A stretch of DNA of 64,000 nucleotides, taken from the sequence record MW760841.1; one strand, 5' to 3'. This document shows positions 18,993 to 27,210 of the stretch, piece by piece. How positions within the stretch are numbered: the stretch's first letter is position 1; every line of letters starts with the position of its first letter. The notes beneath the pieces are model-generated. The model was given only the letters and a program-made list of their open reading frames with translations, was not told the origin of the DNA and did no database searches. The position numbers were made by a program, and so were the translations under genes.

Positions 18993-19703
18993 TCAGACGT
19001 TTAACATCGGAATCTGATTAACCGGTGGGTGCAACGGTTGAGACGGCCAGAACTTGTCTAAGGCGTTAATAGCACGCTTGATGTTCTGATAGCGCATGTT
19101 CACACATTTGCAGGTGGTGATGTCCCAATGCTCGTGTGACGGGATGGCTGGTTCGATATCGTTACGGAAGAACAGATAGTTACGTGCGTAATTCAACGTA
19201 ATGTCCGACACCGACGGATAGCGATACTGATGCGGGTCATCGTTCTTGTCCGCATACGACGGCCAACCAAAGTTACTGACGGCTTCGTAGAACGACTTGG
19301 CGATGAACTTATCCACGCCCATCATTTCCATAATCCGCAGGAACATCAAATCCGCAAACTCTTTGGTGGACGCCCGCGACAGATTTCCTTCCGGGGTGTC
19401 AGGATACGGCACCGGGGTTGGGGTCTTCTGATACAACATGTCATGGACACACGCCGCAGCAGCCCACGGGCCATCCGGATGCAGCATCGGTTGTAACACA
19501 GGCGGGATACTGGCCAGGTCGGTGACAAAGCCCGCTGGGACCGTGACATACATCTGCTTGTCCGGATGCACACCCGACTGGTACACCATCTCATCCATCC
19601 CCGGATGGTCACGGTACAACGTACGTAACGTGAACGGAATGTAGAAGTCTTCGGTTACGATGAACCACTGCTTCTCCAGCACTTTATATTTCAGCTCTAA
19701 CAT
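18993..19703 (-). CDS. DUF1353-family protein
   Basis: VPAGFVTDLASIP...AAACVHDMLY...ADLMF..IM..MGV motif set typical of DUF1353. Confidence 0.75.
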   Translation of the reverse strand: MLELKYKVLEKQWFIVTEDFYIPFTLRTLYRDHPGMDEMVYQSGVHPDKQMYVTVPAGFVTDLASIPPVLQPMLHPDGPWAAAACVHDMLYQKTPTPVPYPDTPEGNLSRASTKEFADLMFLRIMEMMGVDKFIAKSFYEAVSNFGWPSYADKNDDPHQYRYPSVSDITLNYARNYLFFRNDIEPAIPSHEHWDITTCKCVNMRYQNIKRAINALDKFWPSQPLHPPVNQIPMLNV

Positions 19704-19852
19704 CAGCTCAGCACCTTAATCAACGAGAGCACCAACATACCGACCATGCAGCCCCACAGTACAATCGGAGGTGGGTCGTCATCATCAAAGAACTTATAGT
19801 CTTCACGGATTACTTGCACTTCAGGAAATACTGGGGGTACAGGTTTTTGCAT
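19703..19852 (-). CDS. 49-aa small membrane protein (not in ORF track)
   Basis: Translated by hand: MQKPVPPVFPEVQVIREDYKFFDDDDPPPIVLWGCMVGMLVLSLIKVLS. AAGGG RBS; TGATG overlap with the DUF1353 start. Confidence 0.5.
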   Translation of the reverse strand: MQKPVPPVFPEVQVIREDYKFFDDDDPPPIVLWGCMVGMLVLSLIKVLS

Positions 19853-19872
19853 GGTGATGCCCTTTATGATTA

Positions 19873-20475
19873 TTATTTAGAACATACGCCTACCTTGATA
19901 GCGTAATCGCCCATCTCACGGTAGACACGGTCGTACCAGCCGTACGTGAACTCTTCGTTCTGTACACGCTTCTCAGAAATCTCGGTGTAGTACGCCACCT
20001 GGTGTGAGGTCAGCGCAAACATCAGACGGTTAAAGCCATCCAGGCCGCGAGCTTTCAGGAAGCCGTTCAGTGCGTTCATGGTCAGCGTACCGATACCGCC
20101 ATCAGCGTCGATGTCAGCATACAGTTTGCCCTGACGGTTCAGTACGTTCAGGATACGTTGCAGGGATTTAATGCAGTTCGCACGACCGGCATTGATACCG
20201 AAGTCGAACATACGGTCAGCCAGCAGTGGATTCCACGCGAGAATCTGGTCGAGACGCATACGGTCCCACCACATTTTCTTGTAGATGTCGATTGCCATTG
20301 CCTGGGTCAGGTCACGCATGTTGCCTTTGTAACCGTACTCAGTAGCAGTGGCTTTGGTGATACCCCAGATGGTTTCACCACCCAGGTCGTTCGGGTTGTT
20401 TACATAACCCGCTTCGATGTTAACCTTGGCACGGATAATGCCTTCCATGCTCCAACGGTCTACGGCCATTGCCAT
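19873..20475 (-). CDS. Glycoside hydrolase family 108 lysozyme with PG-binding C-domain (endolysin candidate)
   Basis: EAGYVNNPNDLGGETIWGIT, MFDFGINAG, DADGGIGTLT, EFTYGWYDR; GAGGA RBS. Confidence 0.88.
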   Translation of the reverse strand: MAMAVDRWSMEGIIRAKVNIEAGYVNNPNDLGGETIWGITKATATEYGYKGNMRDLTQAMAIDIYKKMWWDRMRLDQILAWNPLLADRMFDFGINAGRANCIKSLQRILNVLNRQGKLYADIDADGGIGTLTMNALNGFLKARGLDGFNRLMFALTSHQVAYYTEISEKRVQNEEFTYGWYDRVYREMGDYAIKVGVCSK

Positions 20476-20531
20476 ATATAGTTCCTCGTACGTTAATGAA
20501 TGTCATACGAAGCGTAAAAAAAATAAAGAGA

Positions 20532-20551
20532 GTGTGCCCCGAAGGGCACAC
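20532..20551 (-). terminator. Terminator closing the tail-fibre/radical-SAM unit
   Basis: GTGTGCCC-CGAA-GGGCACAC (UUCG loop on - strand) followed by a T-rich tract on the - strand. Confidence 0.8.
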
Positions 20552-20555
20552 CGTC

Positions 20556-21212
20556 TTACGCCAAGTTCTCTTCCTTGGCCATTGCCATCACCGCAGTGAA
20601 GTTATTCTGCTCAGCCAGCGTGCGAAGTTTTTGTTTCTTCACATTCAGCGCCATGTGCAGTTCGTTATCACGTTGGATAATCGCCGCATACAGCTCTTTC
20701 ACGTTTGACAGGTCAAACGGCTCGACTGGGGTGTTCATCGCATCAATCCAATACATCGGATCAACACCGGACTGGATATAGCCAGCCAGCGCTGTACGCG
20801 ATTTCTCGGTAGCCTGATAACGATGTTCACCAACCACGATGTCTTCGTAGCGCAGGTTTTCGTAACGGGTGTTTAACTCACCCAGAATACGGTTAAACTC
20901 ACGCCACAAATGCCCTACCGTGGACGCCAACCCTTTACGGATATCATCCAGCGGCAGTTCCAGTACATCGGCGATAAAGTCTTTGGTCTTCTTCATGATG
21001 AAGTTGACTTCGACATCTGACAGGTCGTAACCTTTCAACGCAGCCATTGCCGCTTTGTCGGTCATCCCGTTTAACAGATGGTAATGCAGCAGGGTACAGA
21101 ACCCCTGCTTGGTAGCATCTTCGGTACGGTGAATCGCCTGGTAATTGCCATGACGGTCAATTGGCGCACCCATTTCGAAGTAACGACGTTTTATTTCGTC
21201 ATTAGTAAGCAT
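20556..21212 (-). CDS. DUF4376-like protein (tail-fibre assembly associated)
   Basis: C-terminal half YQATEKSRTAL...YWIDAMNTPV..DL..VKELYAAI..R...H...KQ resembles the DUF4376 pattern; recognised by eye. Confidence 0.55.
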   Translation of the reverse strand: MLTNDEIKRRYFEMGAPIDRHGNYQAIHRTEDATKQGFCTLLHYHLLNGMTDKAAMAALKGYDLSDVEVNFIMKKTKDFIADVLELPLDDIRKGLASTVGHLWREFNRILGELNTRYENLRYEDIVVGEHRYQATEKSRTALAGYIQSGVDPMYWIDAMNTPVEPFDLSNVKELYAAIIQRDNELHMALNVKKQKLRTLAEQNNFTAVMAMAKEENLA

Positions 21213-21748
21213 TCATTCGCTCCTACCAGCCCCAGTTCCATTGCCAGCCCGAAGTCGAACATTTGGAAATCGACTTCTAACTCATCACCGAAGTGGAAGT
21301 TAAGCAGCTTGGCATCGTCCTGGTTCTGTTCCATGAAACTAAACATCATGTGCATCTCTTCCCCGAAGGCATCATACTGCTCCAGGGAACGACAGGCACG
21401 GACGCGAATCTCAGGCCAGTTCATGGCGAGACCCAGTAAGTTATCGGCATCCATATTGCGCGTAGAACGGCGCAGGATTTCGATTTTGTGGCGCGGGAAG
21501 GTTTTGATGCGTTCCTCGACACCGGGGTTACGCTTCTCCACTTCCTGCAACGAGAGATGACCACCTTCCAGACCGGACAGCGGAACAATCACGTTCAGCC
21601 CAAAGCGAACACACAGGGCTTCCACTTCCTTGGAGAAGTCTTCAGCCGGTACAATCGCGTGAACATTGTACAGCTTATGTTTACGGAGAAACAAGTCTAC
21701 CAGGTGAAGACTACGCTTCGTAAAATTGTGTATCAGCAGGGACTTCAT
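21191..21748 (-). CDS. Hypothetical protein (185 aa) in the radical SAM cluster
   Basis: Overlaps both neighbours (operonic); no recognised motif. Confidence 0.65.
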   Translation of the reverse strand: MKSLLIHNFTKRSLHLVDLFLRKHKLYNVHAIVPAEDFSKEVEALCVRFGLNVIVPLSGLEGGHLSLQEVEKRNPGVEERIKTFPRHKIEILRRSTRNMDADNLLGLAMNWPEIRVRACRSLEQYDAFGEEMHMMFSFMEQNQDDAKLLNFHFGDELEVDFQMFDFGLAMELGLVGANECLLMTK

Positions 21749-23051
21749 TCGCAGGTGCTCCTAATTGAGTTTTCTTTTCTGCCTCAGAGCGCGCACGTAC
21801 ACAGGATACGCAGTAGCACTGGGTCTTATCGTTCAGGTCGGTGTAGCGGATTGTGCCGGTCTTCTGATAGAAGTATTCGGCGACAAGCAGCTTAGCCGTC
21901 GTCCAACCACACTGGCGACGTTCGCCATGGTATTCGCGACGAGCTTCCAGTTCACCATCACCGTTTTCGTACGCCGCCGCAGCACAGCTACCACAGGCGT
22001 GTTTCATCGGGCAACCCAGGCAAGTTTCTGGGTAGTTGGTGTACTGCTTATTGATTTCACCTAACAGCTTACCGCCGTCGGTGTTCACAATCTCACGTCC
22101 CACTAACTCGCCAATGGCCTGGCGGGTGGTAACAGTTGACATGAAGCGGTTACAACCGTAAATCTTACGGTCGAAGCCCAGGCAGGTCATGTGCGTAACG
22201 GTACCGCAGAATGGACGCACACGCTCAGGGTCGAGACGGGTTGCTTCATCATCCAGCAGTTTCTGACGCCAATCCGGGTCCCACGTTGCCATGAAGTCCA
22301 GACCATCTGGGAAGATGTGAGTCAAACGGTTACGCGGGTCTTTCTGCAAGCCCTTCTCAAACCAGTAGTCAATCACGTCCATCATCTGGTTCGCGATTTC
22401 CAGCGCGGAGCTACGTGGCAGTACGTCTTCGTACGTTACGTTACCGGACAGGGTGCCACCGCCGGTGACGTCAATCAGGTGCTTCATCGACGCGCCGTAT
22501 TTCGGCAGCGTGTCAGCAGTAAAGGTGGCCTTCACACCCAGTTCGAGGATACCCACGGACTTGAGGTAGTTATAGCCTTTCATCGCCTTCTCGTACGACC
22601 CTTCACGCGTAGTGGTGAAGATACGGTACTTATCGTGCACTTCCGGCAGACCATCGATGGATACGCCGATAGACAGTCTGTCTTTCCAGCGTTCGATGAT
22701 TTCACGGTTCAACGGTTTGTCGAACAGCGTACCGTTCGTGGAGATAGAGAAGATGACATCACGCCCATCACGGGCGGCCAGTTCTTCTGCGGCTTCAAAC
22801 ACACCCAGCAGAATCTTCGGCTGCATCATTGGTTCACCACCGATGATGTCGATAATCACTTCCACGTTCGGGAGGTGACGGTCACGGTCGAAGCACGCAT
22901 GGATGAAGTCTACCGCATCCGCCACTTTGTTGTTACGCGGATACTTACGTTCGTAGCAATACTCACAGTCGAGATTGCACGACAGGTTGGTCACGACCTG
23001 ATAGGTCTTTGTGATTTTCGGCTCTACGGCCGGAATGAAACTATCGCGCAT
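21711..23051 (-). CDS. Radical SAM/SPASM peptide maturase (Cxxx-repeat target type)
   Basis: CNLDCEYC (CxxxCxxC), IIGGEP, ISTNGT, SIDG..HD..R; SPASM FCG..C..GC and CLGCPMKHACGSC...C. Confidence 0.92.
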   Translation of the reverse strand: MRDSFIPAVEPKITKTYQVVTNLSCNLDCEYCYERKYPRNNKVADAVDFIHACFDRDRHLPNVEVIIDIIGGEPMMQPKILLGVFEAAEELAARDGRDVIFSISTNGTLFDKPLNREIIERWKDRLSIGVSIDGLPEVHDKYRIFTTTREGSYEKAMKGYNYLKSVGILELGVKATFTADTLPKYGASMKHLIDVTGGGTLSGNVTYEDVLPRSSALEIANQMMDVIDYWFEKGLQKDPRNRLTHIFPDGLDFMATWDPDWRQKLLDDEATRLDPERVRPFCGTVTHMTCLGFDRKIYGCNRFMSTVTTRQAIGELVGREIVNTDGGKLLGEINKQYTNYPETCLGCPMKHACGSCAAAAYENGDGELEARREYHGERRQCGWTTAKLLVAEYFYQKTGTIRYTDLNDKTQCYCVSCVRARSEAEKKTQLGAPANEVPADTQFYEA

Positions 23052-23946
23052 TGTTTAGCCCCGCCTGAATAGTTCGATTGATGTACTTGTACGCGTCAAA
23101 GCCAATCACTTCGGCCAGACGGTTACACCCAGAGTCAATGGCATCAACTGCGTTCTGACTCTGCTCAAAAGTCGAATCCGACTTCACCCACACCAGGCTG
23201 CTGCAATCGTCACAATGCTGAGCGAAGAACTTATTGATGCTCAGGGGAATGTGTGAATCGTTGATACGATTCAGATAGGTCAGCTGCTCGTGCATTTTGT
23301 TGTAGCCGTACATGAAGTTCATTACATGGTCAGGCGACAGCGGTTTAGGCATGAAGTTATCGAACATCAAACGGAAGCCGTTAAACCCGTAGTGATACGT
23401 AGCGCGATGCAGTTCCAGTAAATCGTCCTGCCAGCGCTTATCACCCAGCTGCTCACGGGTTACGACAGACCACAGGCTCACATTGTTGAGAGCGTGCAGG
23501 GTATCAAACGCCTCAAAGCGACCTTCTTCTGCAATCCGCAGTAAAGGACGTTCTGATTTAGCGTACCCGTCAAACGAGACGAAGATACGGTCAAGCTGGG
23601 AGAGTAGCGGAAGCTGCTCAGGGCTCAGACGCAACGCGTTAGTGTACATCTCGTGTTGCAGGTGCGGGTAACGTTCTTTCAGTTCTGCCATGAACTCCTG
23701 GATTTTCTTGAAAGCCAACAGTGGCTCTCCGCCTGTCCAGTTAATCTGGCGGATTGACGGATGCTTTTCCAGCACCTCGAACAGTTTATCTTTCTGGATG
23801 TCGCGCGCAACGTCCTTGACATCCATATACCCCGCACCACCACAGAAGCTACAATCTAAGTTGCACTTCGAGGTGGTAACGATAGACAGTTCCATGGGAG
23901 TGTCTGTCGGGTCGCGACGAATGGCCGACACAGCTTCTTCACTCAT
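23041..23946 (-). CDS. Second radical SAM enzyme (301 aa, short C-terminal Cys motif)
   Basis: CNLDCSFC, WTGGEPLL, MYTNA, VSFDG; C-terminal CDDC...GC. Confidence 0.88.
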   Translation of the reverse strand: MSEEAVSAIRRDPTDTPMELSIVTTSKCNLDCSFCGGAGYMDVKDVARDIQKDKLFEVLEKHPSIRQINWTGGEPLLAFKKIQEFMAELKERYPHLQHEMYTNALRLSPEQLPLLSQLDRIFVSFDGYAKSERPLLRIAEEGRFEAFDTLHALNNVSLWSVVTREQLGDKRWQDDLLELHRATYHYGFNGFRLMFDNFMPKPLSPDHVMNFMYGYNKMHEQLTYLNRINDSHIPLSINKFFAQHCDDCSSLVWVKSDSTFEQSQNAVDAIDSGCNRLAEVIGFDAYKYINRTIQAGLNNAR

Positions 23947-23967
23947 TGCAGGTTTACTCCAGTATTT

Positions 23968-24855
23968 TTATTCGAATGTCAGTGCAAACAGTGGGTCTTC
24001 TTTGATGTCCACACCCTGCTTCAATACGAAGGGGTCGTGGTAAGCAGCAAGAATCTTGTTCAGCACTTCATGACGCTCGTTAATGCGTTCCAGGTCATCG
24101 AGAGTAACCTTACGTTCCAGGATTGCACTAGCGGCCACTTGCTCTTCAACGCTCAGGTCAACCTTCTGCATTAAGAAGCTCACCAGCTTCGTTAAGTCTG
24201 CTTCGGTTCCCGGCGCTTCACCGTACTTCCACTGCACCAGATACTGCATCCACGGTTTGCGGATACGTTTGGTGATTTCGTGTTCGTCAGTGATAGCAAC
24301 GAATTTCTTTTCCGCGTGCAGCCATTTAAACTTATAGCTGAATGCTAAGAGGTCGAGCATCTTGTGGATGCCCAGGCTTTCGTAGCCTTCGATTGGGTAA
24401 TAGATTTCTACCCCTTCGTAATGCTCGGTGTCCGCAGGCACTTGCGAATACCAGAACGGCAGGGAACTCGGGTAGTCCCAGCTCCATTCACGACGCACCA
24501 TTGGCTTGAGGCCGGTTTCAGCAAACGGAGTCAACAGCATTTCCAGATCGCCACACTGGTTCAGCACACCGTCGCTGAAGAAGTATTTACGGTCAATGAA
24601 CTTGCCGTTGATTTCCTGCTCGCCGGTGTTCAGGTAGATATGCTCAACCTTGTGCCCAGCCAACATGTAATCGTTCAGCACTTCGAAGTTCTTCGGATTG
24701 ATTAACTCACGCCCACGCACCTTCGGCCATTCAGCAGGCAACTGCGTAATCAACAGGATTTCGCCTGTCAAGTGATACTTTACGCTGTCGTAAATACTGA
24801 CTTGTAACGGAAAGTTCTGCGTTGTGCGGAACGCAAGGTGCATATCGTTCTTCAT
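23968..24855 (-). CDS. Hypothetical protein (295 aa) between the peptides and the radical SAM genes
   Basis: GGGGAG RBS, tight spacing, long ORF; no recognised family. Confidence 0.7.
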   Translation of the reverse strand: MKNDMHLAFRTTQNFPLQVSIYDSVKYHLTGEILLITQLPAEWPKVRGRELINPKNFEVLNDYMLAGHKVEHIYLNTGEQEINGKFIDRKYFFSDGVLNQCGDLEMLLTPFAETGLKPMVRREWSWDYPSSLPFWYSQVPADTEHYEGVEIYYPIEGYESLGIHKMLDLLAFSYKFKWLHAEKKFVAITDEHEITKRIRKPWMQYLVQWKYGEAPGTEADLTKLVSFLMQKVDLSVEEQVAASAILERKVTLDDLERINERHEVLNKILAAYHDPFVLKQGVDIKEDPLFALTFE

Positions 24856-24867
24856 TTAAAACTCCCC

Positions 24868-25074
24868 TTAGCGGTTTCCTGCGCCGTGACTACAGCCGCC
24901 GCTGCACGTCCAGCTGCAAGAGCCACCACAATTGTAATGCGATAATGGGAGACCCGCCAGGTTGTTGGTGGTGCTTACCGTGCCACTGTTACGAATGTAA
25001 TCGTTCGCATCGTCGGTACGGATATAGCCTTCCACTTGCGCCAGCTTGTCTCTGACAAGTTTAAGTGATATCAC
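24868..25074 (-). CDS. Cys-rich peptide 3 (68 aa, 4 Cys; GTG start at 25074)
   Basis: MISLKLVRDKLAQVE matches the peptide 1 leader; core CGGSCSWTCSGGCS; GGGGG RBS-like run upstream. Confidence 0.75.
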   Translation of the reverse strand: MISLKLVRDKLAQVEGYIRTDDANDYIRNSGTVSTTNNLAGLPLSHYNCGGSCSWTCSGGCSHGAGNR

Positions 25075-25121
25075 AGTAACCCCCAAGTGTGTAAAAAAGA
25101 TGACGAGGGTCGGCTACACTG

Positions 25122-25517
25122 TTAGCGCATCGGTCCAGAGCATCCTGAGCAACCGGAGCAGCTTGAGCTGCACGATGAACTACAACCGCCTGTACAAGTG
25201 CCCGAGCAACCGCTAGAACAGCTACCAGAACAGCCTGAACAGCCCGTACACGTCGACGAACAGCCTGACGTACAACTCGCAGAGCAACTGGCCCCACAAG
25301 TTCCTGATGCCGAGCCTGAGCATCCGCCGGAGCATGAGGAGCAGCTCCAACTACAGGTACCACCGCAGTCATAGTGTTCACGGGAGAAACCCCCGAAGCG
25401 CTGTGAGTTGTTGGTGCCTTTGTTGCGGATGTAGGTTTGCACACCGGCTGTGTTCTTCAATGACGCTGCATCGATAGCATTAAGCCGGTTTTGAATATCT
25501 TTAAGGTTGATTGCCAT
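25122..25517 (-). CDS. Cys-rich (Cxxx)n precursor peptide 2 (131 aa, 20 Cys)
   Basis: 50-aa Cys-free leader + 81-aa core made almost entirely of C/S/G/T; GGGGA RBS. Confidence 0.88.
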   Translation of the reverse strand: MAINLKDIQNRLNAIDAASLKNTAGVQTYIRNKGTNNSQRFGGFSREHYDCGGTCSWSCSSCSGGCSGSASGTCGASCSASCTSGCSSTCTGCSGCSGSCSSGCSGTCTGGCSSSCSSSCSGCSGCSGPMR

Positions 25518-25526
25518 GTTTTTCCC

Positions 25527-25910
25527 CTACGGCCCCGAACAGCCGGAACAGCCACCGCAGCCGGAACCACAGGAACCAGAACAGCCGCTACATTTACCAG
25601 AGCAGCTACCAGAGCAACTCCCGGAACAACCGGAACAACCTGAACAGCCGGTAGAACACCCGCCTGTACATGCACCGGTACACGTTGAGGTACAAGTACC
25701 CGAACAACTCGTACACGATGCGGAACAACCATTAGAGCACGACCAGCTACACGTTCCACCACAATCCAACTGAGCAGGCGTCCAACCAGCGAAGCGATCC
25801 GCTGCGTTAAAAGCCCCTGATGCTACTTGGGCATCAACCCGAGGTCCAGTTGCGTAAGTGTTCTCCACGCTTTGCAGGCGGTCGCGTACGTTTTTTAATG
25901 AGATTGCCAT
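25527..25910 (-). CDS. Cys-rich (Cxxx)n precursor peptide 1 (127 aa, 21 Cys)
   Basis: 49-aa Cys-free leader + 78-aa core of Cxxx/Cxx units; AAGGA RBS. Confidence 0.88.
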   Translation of the reverse strand: MAISLKNVRDRLQSVENTYATGPRVDAQVASGAFNAADRFAGWTPAQLDCGGTCSWSCSNGCSASCTSCSGTCTSTCTGACTGGCSTGCSGCSGCSGSCSGSCSGKCSGCSGSCGSGCGGCSGCSGP

Positions 25911-25972
25911 ACGTTTCCTTTAATAAATAAGGGAGGACACTGCCATATAGACAGGTCCTCGCGTAAAGAGAC

Positions 25973-27178
25973 TTATTTGGTACCTGCTTCCGCCTGTACG
26001 TCGTCGCGAGATGTGAGGCTCGAGTTGACGTGTACCGCAGCTTGTACAACACCGCCGTACTGTTTGTGGAGGTATTTCGGGTGCGGGTTATCGGCGTTGA
26101 TGTGGTTCGTCAGGTTCTGAGACACCGTCGAGATACCCGAGGTGTTATTCGCAACCTGCTGTTTCAACGCGGTCAAATCCTGTTGCAACTGCTGAATCTG
26201 CTGCTGGGTATCCTGGCCTGAGTTTTCCAGGTCAGTGACACGCTGATTCAACCCGGCAATCACCTGATTCTGGTCAGTGACCATCTTCTGGAGTTGCGCG
26301 ACCAGGTCGTTCAGATTCGCCATCTGCAACGCCATACGCTGATAGTTCTGCGCCACTGCGTTCAGCTGATCATTCCAGGAACCCAGAGCCGCGACAATCG
26401 CGTCGATGCGTTGGTTGATAGCCGTGTCTGCCGCTTTCAGATCCCCAATGTCTGCAAGGACAGCGTTAATCGCCGTTTGCACACCTTGAATCAAAGCACG
26501 GATTTCGGTTTCCGTCAGACCGTTGGCCTGATGGATATCCAGACTGTGAACGTTACCTTGAGCGTTGATGTGATTATTCAGTGCAGCCATAAACTGCGTC
26601 TGCATATTCTCAATCAACGATTTCAGCTGTTCAAGCTGGACCGTGTTCCCGGCGTTGATGCTATCCTTGATACCTGCCAGTTCAGTGATGATGTATTCAA
26701 AACCGAAGATGTCGCCGATGTCTTTAAAGGACGGAGCAGCCGCAAAAGTATCTGGAACGTTACGCAGGTCTTTGAAGTCGACCACCCGGTCATCGAGGTT
26801 CGCATCAATAATCGCTTGCTTAATCGCAGCAATCACCGCTGACTGTGGACCACCGACAACCTGGGTAGAGGCAATGACGTCTGTCGGGATGGCGCTGTTT
26901 GTGACAACGACCGCCATACAGACTTCTTTGTTACCGGCAAGTTTTTGGTAAACGGGATGGGCAAAGATTAACTCGTAATCCACCCCACGTTTGTAGGTCG
27001 TGTTAGGCGCATTCGCGGGACGCAGTTTAAAGTCATCTGCGTAGAACGGCCCTGCTGGAAAGGCAAACGCACGGTTTACTTTCCCACCACCCAACACAAT
27101 AGGAATGCTGACGGCATTGCTCGTCATCTTCCCCGTCAAGTCGAGCGGGTACTGAAATAAAATATCTGGCATGGCCAA
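25973..27178 (-). CDS. Tail-fibre-family protein with long coiled coil (401 aa)
   Basis: N-terminal YPLDLTG..SN..GPFY..GVDYEL domain shared with the three long fibres; heptad-rich Q/L segment; HINADNPHP. Confidence 0.72.
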   Translation of the reverse strand: MAMPDILFQYPLDLTGKMTSNAVSIPIVLGGGKVNRAFAFPAGPFYADDFKLRPANAPNTTYKRGVDYELIFAHPVYQKLAGNKEVCMAVVVTNSAIPTDVIASTQVVGGPQSAVIAAIKQAIIDANLDDRVVDFKDLRNVPDTFAAAPSFKDIGDIFGFEYIITELAGIKDSINAGNTVQLEQLKSLIENMQTQFMAALNNHINAQGNVHSLDIHQANGLTETEIRALIQGVQTAINAVLADIGDLKAADTAINQRIDAIVAALGSWNDQLNAVAQNYQRMALQMANLNDLVAQLQKMVTDQNQVIAGLNQRVTDLENSGQDTQQQIQQLQQDLTALKQQVANNTSGISTVSQNLTNHINADNPHPKYLHKQYGGVVQAAVHVNSSLTSRDDVQAEAGTK

Positions 27179-27210
27179 ACTCCCTTATCAGGACATCCTT
27201 GTCCCCGTGT

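Noticed and set aside
22191-23072. 293-aa ORF on the + strand opposite the SPASM gene
   Set aside because: Antisense shadow of a gene with clear motifs; no RBS or recognisable domain.
25061-25773. Alternative-frame ORFs over the Cys peptides (25061..25444 -, 25457..25762 -, 25507..25773 +)
   Set aside because: V/A-rich or PEQ-rich low-complexity by-products of the repeated Cys/Ser/Gly codons; the Cys frames have the RBSs and homologous leaders.
25122-25780. Short nucleotide repeats (e.g. GAACAGCC, GAGCAACC) as a possible CRISPR array or VNTR
   Set aside because: No constant repeat with unique spacers; periodicity is explained by the encoded Cxxx units.
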